Assembly (NCBI GenBank): GCA_037924335.1
Contig: JAXSMZ010000022.1
Coordinates: 1 to 23,999 of the forward strand
Reading direction: 5' to 3'
Length of the DNA stretch: 23,999 nucleotides
Origin: Aquificaceae bacterium
GTDB lineage: Bacteria > Aquificota > Aquificia > Aquificales > Aquificaceae
Position numbers and translations under genes: made by a program
The notes under the pieces: model-generated
What the model saw: the letters and a program-made list of their open reading frames with translations, nothing else
The model's database searches: none
Told to the model about the DNA's origin: nothing
In this document: in pieces, positions 17,458 through 23,999 of the stretch
Numbering within the stretch: the stretch's first letter is position 1
Layout of the letters: each line of letters begins with the position of its first letter

Positions 17458-17874
17458 ATGCAACTCTTACTGTTGATGCTATCTTTCCTATTCTCCTGTC
17501 AGGAGGTTCCCAAGGGCATACCCATAGAAAAGTACAGAAAACAGTTTATCGAAGGTGTTGTTGATATAGACAAAGGGTTAAGGGATAAACTGCCAAAGGG
17601 TAAAAGGTTCCTTATAATTTCAGTGAGGAGTCCAGAAGACCCAATGCCTATCGCTGTTCTGAGGATGAAAGACCCAGATTTTCCTTACAGGTTTAAAATA
17701 ACTGGAAAAGATAAGCTAAATCATGAGAAGGTTATGGAAGGAAGCGTAATTCTTACTGCAAGGGTAAGCACTTCTGGCATGGCACAAGCTCAAAAAGGAG
17801 ATCTGATGGGAAGTTTGCAAACGAACGTAGGCACAAAAGACAATAGGGTCATCATAAAGGTAGAGGTGAGATGA
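17458..17874 (+). CDS. Lipoprotein resembling the C-terminal periplasmic domain of CcmI/CycH
   Basis: Signal peptide with lipobox LFSC; PMPIAVLR....FPY.F.I...D and V.LTARVS.SG.A....GDL.G pattern. The upstream in-frame ATG at 17413 overlaps malQ and is rejected. Confidence 0.6.
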   Translation: MQLLLLMLSFLFSCQEVPKGIPIEKYRKQFIEGVVDIDKGLRDKLPKGKRFLIISVRSPEDPMPIAVLRMKDPDFPYRFKITGKDKLNHEKVMEGSVILTARVSTSGMAQAQKGDLMGSLQTNVGTKDNRVIIKVEVR

Positions 17875-18332
17875 TAAGGAAGATATTGGAAGTTGGACAG
17901 GCTGTGGCTCTTCTTCCTGCTGTGAGCCTCTTCTTAGGGGCAACCTTTCTGGGTATTTACGGTGTTTACGTGCTTGTGGATACTATATACCTTGCCCTTA
18001 CAAAGCCAGAAGGTATAGACCCGACAGTCCTTTCAACTAAGTTTATCTCTGTAATGGATATACATCTTCTTTCTATAGTGCTCTATATATTCTCTGTAGG
18101 ACTTTACGAGCTTTTCGTTGGAAAGCTAAACGTGCCAGATTGGCTAAGGATAACAGACATAGACCAGCTGAAGGCAAAGCTGGCAAGCGTTGTTATACTC
18201 ATACTTGCCATAACCTTCACAAAAAAGGTGGTTGAGTGGAAAAACCCATTGGACACTCTCCTCTTTGGCATTTCTATAGGCATAATAATAGGCGTGCTCA
18301 TATTCTATTACAAGGTAAAGGAAGAGCACTGA
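17871..18332 (+). CDS. YqhA (UPF0114) family membrane protein
   Basis: Four hydrophobic segments; D..LL..VLYIFS.GLYELFV and WL.I..IDQLKAKLA.V. Confidence 0.85.
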   Translation: MIRKILEVGQAVALLPAVSLFLGATFLGIYGVYVLVDTIYLALTKPEGIDPTVLSTKFISVMDIHLLSIVLYIFSVGLYELFVGKLNVPDWLRITDIDQLKAKLASVVILILAITFTKKVVEWKNPLDTLLFGISIGIIIGVLIFYYKVKEEH

Positions 18333-18531
18333 ACCTATTTGGTGTATACCATGATCTCATGTTACTCAGCTTTCACTGTTAATGTTTCATTAGGCTAAGG
18401 TTTTTAAATTTAAGGAAAGGAAGCGCATGGAAAAGGCAGGAAGCTATAAAGATATGAGGTTTTGCATGATGGATGTTAATGAACAAGAGAAAATGTTGAT
18501 AAAGATAGTCCGCAAGCCTTGAGGGTACTTC

Positions 18532-18568
18532 TTGCATTTTTATAAATTTTTCTTATAATATGTATAAT
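18532..18568 (+). promoter_or_regulatory. Sigma70-type promoter
   Basis: TTGCAT (18532-18537), 16 nt, TATAAT (18554-18559); a second TATAAT at 18563-18568. Confidence 0.5.
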
Positions 18569-18646
18569 AACAGATGATTGAAATTTGAAAACCCCTCCCC
18601 ATGGCACACCTCCTCGCCGCTCCCAGCAATTGGGAGCGGGCTTTTT
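18566..18646 (+). ncRNA. Candidate ~70-80 nt small RNA with C-rich anti-SD motifs
   Basis: Lies between a promoter and an intrinsic terminator with no credible plus-strand ORF; contains CCCCTCCCC and CACCTCCT. Family not recognised. Confidence 0.4.
18617..18646 (+). terminator. Intrinsic terminator
   Basis: Perfect 9-bp stem CCGCTCCCA/TGGGAGCGG, loop GCAAT, followed by GC and TTTTT. Confidence 0.7.
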
Positions 18647-18663
18647 ATGTTATCATTATCACT

Positions 18664-19668
18664 ATGGAAAAAAGCCTACTGCTGAGAAGCATAAAGGGAG
18701 AAAGGATAGAGAGGTTTCCTGTCTGGTTGATGCGTCAGGCAGGAAGGTACATAAAGGAGTACAGAGACCTAAGGAGTAAAGAAAAGGACTTTCTCATCTT
18801 TTGCAAAAATGTAGAACTTGCCACAAAGGCTTCACTTCTTCCTGTAGAGCTGCTGGATGTGGATGCTGTGATACTCTTTTCAGATATACTTGTTCCCCTT
18901 GAGCCCATGGGAGTAAAGGTAGAGTTCAAGGATGGGGATGGACCAGTCCTCTTTTGGGATAGGGATGTGAAGAATCTCAAAAGGATAACATACAAGTCTG
19001 TTGATTTTGTAAACGATGTCATAAGAAGTATAAAAAACACCGTTAAGGATATACCATTGATAGGCTTCTGCGGTGGACCTTTTACCCTTCTCTCTTATAT
19101 GGTGGAGGGCAACGGAAGTTTCAAAAAAACAAAGGCTTTCCTTTGGGGGAATGAGGACTCTAGAAAGCTTATGAGTCTTCTGGTTGATAACCTAAAGGAA
19201 TACTTAAAAGGGCAAGTGCTGGCTGGTGCGGATGTTGTTCAAGTTTTTGACAGCTGGGCTATGCACTTACCTTATGAAGATTTTGATGAATATGCAAGGA
19301 CTTACCTTAAGGAGCTTTTTATCAGCATAAAAGGAGAGTTTGACATACCCATCATATACTTTTACAGGGGTTCTAGTTCCTTTTTATCTTCTATAAAAGA
19401 GCTTCCAGTGGATGTGGTTTCCGTAGATTGGACTGTGGATATGGTGGGGGAAATGTCAAGAAGCAAAAAGGCATTCCAGGGAAACTTAGACCCTCACGTT
19501 CTCTATATGGATGATGACTTTATAGTAAGAAGGGTGGTAGAACTTCTTAGGTGTATACCAAGGAAAACTAAGTACATATTCAACTTAGGGCACGGGCTTG
19601 CGCCAGACATGGACTTTCAAAAGGTAAAGCTTCTCGTAGAAACAGTGAAAAACTACAGGATAGCATGA
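18664..19668 (+). CDS. hemE: Uroporphyrinogen decarboxylase
   Basis: PVWLMRQAGRY, ILFSDIL, QVFDSWA, QGNLDP and IFNLGHG. Start moved to the ATG at 18664 (MEKSLLL) because the longer ORF runs through the terminator. Confidence 0.95.
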   Translation: MEKSLLLRSIKGERIERFPVWLMRQAGRYIKEYRDLRSKEKDFLIFCKNVELATKASLLPVELLDVDAVILFSDILVPLEPMGVKVEFKDGDGPVLFWDRDVKNLKRITYKSVDFVNDVIRSIKNTVKDIPLIGFCGGPFTLLSYMVEGNGSFKKTKAFLWGNEDSRKLMSLLVDNLKEYLKGQVLAGADVVQVFDSWAMHLPYEDFDEYARTYLKELFISIKGEFDIPIIYFYRGSSSFLSSIKELPVDVVSVDWTVDMVGEMSRSKKAFQGNLDPHVLYMDDDFIVRRVVELLRCIPRKTKYIFNLGHGLAPDMDFQKVKLLVETVKNYRIA

Positions 19669-20777
19669 TAAGGGAAGGAAGGGCTGTTCTTCCTTTGGAA
19701 GCCCCAAGTGTGGTCTCCTCTAAAATGCCCGTCTTTTACAACCCCCATATGGTTCTAAACAGGGATATGAGCCTACTTGTACTGGTAGCATCGGGAATAA
19801 AAGACCCGGTAGTCCTTGACCCAATGGGAGCTTCTGGTATAAGGAGTATAAGGTTCTTGCTTGAAGCGAATGTAAAGAAAGTCATTTACAACGACATAAG
19901 CCCCAAAGCAGTAGAAAAGTTCAAGGAGAGTATAAAGATAAACGGTGTGAATCCAGACATGGTGGACATACACTCAGAGGATGCTTCTCTTCTAATGAGA
20001 AGGATAAGAAACTGCCATTACGTGGACATAGACCCTTTTGGCTCACCAGTTCCATTTTTGGAAAGCGGTGTTCTTTCTGTCAGGAGGGGTGGAATCTTGG
20101 CAGTTTCAGCCACAGACACGGCAGTACTTTCTGGAACATACCCCATAACCTGCTTAAGAAGGTACGGTTCCAAACCCTTGCTTGAGGCTGAGTTTTACCA
20201 CGAGGTGGGCATAAGGATCCTCATAAAGAAGGTGATAGAGATAGGGGCTACGCACGACTACAGCTTAGAACCCATACTCTCTTACTCTCATAGGCATTAC
20301 TTTAGAGTTTTCTTTAAGAAGAATGTGGGAGCAAAGAGGGCTGATAGGCTCATAAGTCAGATAGGTTATGTTCTTTACTGCGATGCCTGCCTGTTCAGGG
20401 AAGGGGTTAGCCTGGATAACTTTACACTTATTTGTCCTCTCTGTGGAAAAAGGCTTTTGTACGCTGGGCCTTTGTGGCTTGGCAAGTTATGGGATGAAGA
20501 GCTAATAGGAAATATATGGAAAAAGAAAGAGGAGGTCTCAATAGACAGAGGAACGGAGAAAATACTTTTAAGGTTGATGGAGGAGTCTCAAATGCAGACT
20601 GTAGGCTTTTATACACTTTCACGCATAGGGAGCAAGCTTTGCAAAGGAAAGCTTCCCACAGCCATCCAAGTACTTTCCTTGGTTGATGGTGTTAGAACTC
20701 ACTTCAGCGGAGAGGGCTTTAGAACCCTTATGGAACATAAAGACCTTTTAAAGGTATGGAGAAGAATAGAAAAGTGA
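19665..20777 (+). CDS. trm1: tRNA (guanine26-N2,N2)-dimethyltransferase Trm1
   Basis: VFYNP.M.LNRD, DPMGASGIRSIRF, DIDPFGSP, ATDTAVLSG, HEVGIRIL, CxxC...CxxC, GPLWLG and RTHF. Confidence 0.93.
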   Translation: MIREGRAVLPLEAPSVVSSKMPVFYNPHMVLNRDMSLLVLVASGIKDPVVLDPMGASGIRSIRFLLEANVKKVIYNDISPKAVEKFKESIKINGVNPDMVDIHSEDASLLMRRIRNCHYVDIDPFGSPVPFLESGVLSVRRGGILAVSATDTAVLSGTYPITCLRRYGSKPLLEAEFYHEVGIRILIKKVIEIGATHDYSLEPILSYSHRHYFRVFFKKNVGAKRADRLISQIGYVLYCDACLFREGVSLDNFTLICPLCGKRLLYAGPLWLGKLWDEELIGNIWKKKEEVSIDRGTEKILLRLMEESQMQTVGFYTLSRIGSKLCKGKLPTAIQVLSLVDGVRTHFSGEGFRTLMEHKDLLKVWRRIEK

Positions 20778-21319
20778 GCTACTACAAGGAACTAAAAGGT
20801 TTGATACTTTCTCTCAAAGATGTTTTTTTCCTTTCTCCGAGGGAGATATGGTTTCTAAAATTTCTTGAAGAATCTGGATATCCCTTGGATATTGTAAGGG
20901 AAGGTATAAAAAAGTTTTATACCAGCCTGCCACCGGAAAAGAGGTCAAAAGTGCCAGTTTTTTTTGCTTTTAAAGATATAAAAAGGTCCTACGAAGCCTT
21001 TCTTCATAAGAAGGCAAGGGATATAAAGATAGATTGGAAAGAGAGATTCAGGAGGAAGATAGAGGAAGTGAAAAAATATCTTCCAAAGGACTTCACGCTT
21101 AGGGTGCCACCCAGCGAAGATGAAGCAGAAAAGATACTAAACGAGATAGAGGATCTGATAGCTAAGAGCTTATGGGACAGCTTGACGAAGGAAAGAAAGC
21201 ACATCATCATAAAAAAATATGCACAATTTAGAAAAGATAGACAGGTATTTAAGCTCATGATAAAGAACGAAGTCTTGAAGATGTGGAACATAAAAAGCCT
21301 TTCTCTGTATGTGGACTGA
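20774..21319 (+). CDS. Hypothetical basic protein
   Basis: About 181 aa, Lys-rich ORF; probable GTG start overlapping the trm1 stop (GTGA), alternative start 20756; N-terminal FFLSPRE...L...GYPL..V.EGI. Confidence 0.7.
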   Translation: MSYYKELKGLILSLKDVFFLSPREIWFLKFLEESGYPLDIVREGIKKFYTSLPPEKRSKVPVFFAFKDIKRSYEAFLHKKARDIKIDWKERFRRKIEEVKKYLPKDFTLRVPPSEDEAEKILNEIEDLIAKSLWDSLTKERKHIIIKKYAQFRKDRQVFKLMIKNEVLKMWNIKSLSLYVD

Positions 21320-21340
21320 GGGGATGTTAAAATTTTATTT

Positions 21341-22768
21341 ATGTTCAAGAAGGTTTTGATAGCTAACAGAGGAGAGGTAGCTTTAAGGATAATAAGAGCT
21401 TGTAAGGAGCTTGGTATAAAGACAGCAGCCATATACTCGGAGGCGGACGCTAAATCCCTGTTCGTTAAGAAGGCTGATGAATCTTACCTTTTACCCGGAG
21501 ACCCCATATGGGCATACTTAGATTATGTAAGGATAGTAGACCTTGCCAGGTCTGTGGGGGCAGACGCCATACATCCAGGTTATGGGTTTTTGGCAGAAAG
21601 TGCAGATTTTGCCTCCTTCTGTCAAAAAAACGGTATAACCTTTATAGGTCCATCACCTGAACACATAAGGGTTTTTGGGGACAAAGTTAGGGCTAAAAAG
21701 ATAGCTCAAAAGTTGGGACTTCCTACGGTGCCTGGGGTAGACGAACCTCTCAGGGATTACAAGGATTGTCTTCACTATGCAAGAGAGATGGGTTTTCCAG
21801 TCATACTGAAGGCTGCTTATGGGGGTGGTGGGCGTGGTATGAGGGTAGTAACCAAAGAGAGTGAGCTACCCCAACTGTTTGAATCTGCTTACAGGGAATC
21901 TGAAACCTTTTTTGGGAAGGGGGACCTTTTCATAGAAAAGTATTTGGAAAACCCAAAACATATAGAAGTGCAAGTTCTTGGAGACAAGTATGGAAACGTC
22001 ATACACTTAGGTGAAAGGGATTGTTCCATTCAAAGGAGGCACCAAAAAGTATTAGAGGTAGCCCCATGTCCAGTTTTGCCAAGAGACCTAAGGAGTAAAA
22101 TGCTTGGGCTAAGCGTGCGTGCCATGATGCAGGTAAGCTACGACAGTGCTGGAACGCTTGAATTCCTAGTAGACTTGGACAAGAGGGAGTTTTACTTCAT
22201 AGAGATGAACACAAGGCTTCAAGTGGAACACACCATAACGGAGTTGGTCTCTGGTGTTGACATAGTGGAGCACATGATAAGAATAGCCATGGGAGAACCC
22301 CTACCCTTCACTCAAAGCGACATAACCTTCAGGGGTTATGCTATAGAGTTTAGGGTCAACGCAGAGGACCCAACTAAGGGATTTGCTCCAGCACCGGGCA
22401 AAATAACGGCTTACTATTCACCCGGTGGTCCAGGTGTCAGAATGGATGCAGGTGTTTACAAGGATTTTGTTATACCACCTTATTATGATTCTATGATAGC
22501 CAAGCTTAGCGTATGGGCTCTCACATGGGACAGAGTAATAGCCAGGGCAAGAAGGGCAATAGACGAGTTTATAATCAGGGGTGTTCCTACAAACATACCC
22601 CTTCATAGGGAGATAATAAGGGACAAGGACTTTATAAGCGGGTACTTTGGAGTTAGGTTTCTCGAGGAGAAACTTCCTATTTATGATTTTGAGATAGAGG
22701 GACAAAAGGATCCAGAGGATATAGCTCTTGCTATATCGGCAGCTTTGGCATCCTACTATGGGTTGTAA
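21341..22768 (+). CDS. Biotin carboxylase subunit, two-subunit pyruvate/2-oxoacid carboxylase type
   Basis: ANRGE, HPGYGFLAE, GGGGRGMR, ERDCSIQRRHQK, EMNTRLQVEH and YYDSMIAKL. The C-terminal tail DIALAISAALASYYGL is typical of carboxylase alpha subunits rather than plain AccC. Confidence 0.88.
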   Translation: MFKKVLIANRGEVALRIIRACKELGIKTAAIYSEADAKSLFVKKADESYLLPGDPIWAYLDYVRIVDLARSVGADAIHPGYGFLAESADFASFCQKNGITFIGPSPEHIRVFGDKVRAKKIAQKLGLPTVPGVDEPLRDYKDCLHYAREMGFPVILKAAYGGGGRGMRVVTKESELPQLFESAYRESETFFGKGDLFIEKYLENPKHIEVQVLGDKYGNVIHLGERDCSIQRRHQKVLEVAPCPVLPRDLRSKMLGLSVRAMMQVSYDSAGTLEFLVDLDKREFYFIEMNTRLQVEHTITELVSGVDIVEHMIRIAMGEPLPFTQSDITFRGYAIEFRVNAEDPTKGFAPAPGKITAYYSPGGPGVRMDAGVYKDFVIPPYYDSMIAKLSVWALTWDRVIARARRAIDEFIIRGVPTNIPLHREIIRDKDFISGYFGVRFLEEKLPIYDFEIEGQKDPEDIALAISAALASYYGL

Positions 22769-23508
22769 AATATGTTCACACCCTTGCTTTCAAAACCGAG
22801 CCTATTCTTTACCCTCACCGTGTAAAGGGTTTTCTCCTCAGGAAGTTTGTCCTCGTACATGTTTGTTTTAGTACTTCCTATAGGTTTGCCATTCTTGTAA
22901 ACTGTAAACTCCTCAAAAAGCTCATCCGTCTCATAAGACCAAAAGATGTAGATCTTTTTATCCACCACTTGGTACTCTAACCTGCTCACATCTTTAACCT
23001 CAGGAGGCTTTTTGGGGTCAACGCAGAAGATAAGTGGCTCACTTTCTATACCTTGCTCCACACCAGTCAGAGCGTAGCATCTTTTAAAATAATCCCTCTC
23101 TATGGAGTGATCGCCTTTTATTACCTTCCCGCTTGAGGGGTCCATCTTACCGTTCTTTATGCTGTAAAGCTTGTAATCAGAGAAACCGTCCGGTTTTATC
23201 AAAACCCTATCCTCCATCTCTAAAAAAACAGCCGTAGGCTTTCTCTTCAACGCTTCTTTCACACATACCTTGGCACTTTTTCCACCCAACCTCTTTACAT
23301 CAAAACAAAAGGCTTTCTCTTCCCTTTTCTCAAACCATCCATCCCACCTTTCAAAGTCCTTTATCTCTATCTCACCCTGCATAGGCCTAACATAAACCAT
23401 AGAACCTACCCTTTTTACTTCCAACATTGGCTTGGGAAGTGGTTCAGGCTTTGTCTTCATACCACAGGATGACAAGAGGATAAAAATAGGGAGCAAAAGG
23501 TATAGCAT
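22756..23508 (-). CDS. Lipoprotein with a C-terminal fibronectin type III-like domain
   Basis: Lipobox LSSC followed by GMKTKPEP; W.Y...F.VYKNG...YED....YTVR..N..G.ES pattern. Confidence 0.7.
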   Translation of the reverse strand: MLYLLLPIFILLSSCGMKTKPEPLPKPMLEVKRVGSMVYVRPMQGEIEIKDFERWDGWFEKREEKAFCFDVKRLGGKSAKVCVKEALKRKPTAVFLEMEDRVLIKPDGFSDYKLYSIKNGKMDPSSGKVIKGDHSIERDYFKRCYALTGVEQGIESEPLIFCVDPKKPPEVKDVSRLEYQVVDKKIYIFWSYETDELFEEFTVYKNGKPIGSTKTNMYEDKLPEEKTLYTVRVKNRLGFESKGVNIFYNP

Positions 23509-23523
23509 ACAGAATATCTTACA

Positions 23524-23838
23524 CTAGGCTCCAGATTCCTTTTCGTAAGGCCAGGTGAGTATTCCACCAGCCAAGTTGTAAGCTTCGTAACCCATGTGCC
23601 TGAGAAAATAAGTGGCAAAGGCGCTCCTTTCTCCACTCCTACAGTAAACTATGTACACCTTATCCTTTGGTAGGTTGCTATAGGCGTAACGTAGCTCATC
23701 CAAAGGTAAGAGCATGGAGTTGGGAATCCTAACTTGCACATGCTCCTGCGGTGTTCTCACATCCAAAAGAACAACCTTTCCATCCTCTCTAAGCATCCTT
23801 TGAGCCTCTTCTGGGTTTACCTCGGGAACTTGAAACAT
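23524..23838 (-). CDS. Single-domain rhodanese (sulfurtransferase)
   Basis: LLDVRTPQE, YCRSGERS active loop and NLAGGI..W; ATG at 23838 is 6 nt after AAGGAG. Confidence 0.92.
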   Translation of the reverse strand: MFQVPEVNPEEAQRMLREDGKVVLLDVRTPQEHVQVRIPNSMLLPLDELRYAYSNLPKDKVYIVYCRSGERSAFATYFLRHMGYEAYNLAGGILTWPYEKESGA

Positions 23839-23980
23839 ACGCAACTCCTTTAAAGATTAATTATATAATAAATACTTTACGCTGGGTGAGAAATTCAAGA
23901 AAGCACAGATACAAGCCTATCAATAAAAAGAGGCAGTAGGGCTATAATTATTAGTCCTACAACCCTTAGGAGGTTATAAC

Positions 23981-23999
23981 ATGGATATTTTACCAACTT
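23981..23999 (+). CDS. Start of an unidentified CDS truncated by the window end
   Basis: TATAAT at 23943, AGGAGG SD, then ATG GAT ATT TTA CCA ACT. Confidence 0.55.

Noticed and set aside
18605..18616. CACCTCCT as a 16S rRNA 3' fragment
   Set aside because: No other rRNA sequence flanks it.
18585..18779. 64-aa plus-strand ORF and the hemE extension from 18601
   Set aside because: Both run through a terminator hairpin and lack an SD; hemE homology starts near 18664.
21004..21432. 142-aa hydrophobic minus-strand ORF
   Set aside because: Antisense to two Lys-rich plus-strand genes; the hydrophobicity comes from complemented AAA/GAA codons.
1..23999. CRISPR arrays, tRNA/rRNA genes, transposases or integrases
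   Set aside because: None visible by eye; intergenic gaps are short and show no periodic repeats or cloverleaf.

Overview
Gene-dense, AT-rich chromosomal window. Gene content (HARP-type protein-only RNase P, Trm1, Pab1020-type RNA ligase, IscU type) points to a thermophilic Aquificaceae member such as Hydrogenobacter or Thermocrinis; this is an inference. In order: 3' end of arsenite oxidase large subunit (aioA); a minus-strand dienelactone hydrolase-cstA-hisG unit; a convergent RNA ligase (Rnl3)/HARP pair; a frameshifted membrane-protein relic; a GT9 glycosyltransferase; an esterase; an iscU / ThiI-like(NFACT-R) / tusA / small ORF / nfu / aroE operon; trpE; a Tat-exported fccB-Rieske-fccB cluster with no cytochrome c gene; malQ; a CcmI-C-like lipoprotein; yqhA; a ~330 nt intergenic region with a candidate anti-SD small RNA; hemE-trm1-hypothetical; a biotin carboxylase subunit; a lipoprotein; and a rhodanese. 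Many start codons sit 6-7 nt after a -10 hexamer and lack an SD, suggesting widespread leaderless mRNAs. No rRNA, tRNA, CRISPR array or mobile element was seen. All family calls come from motif recognition, not database searches.
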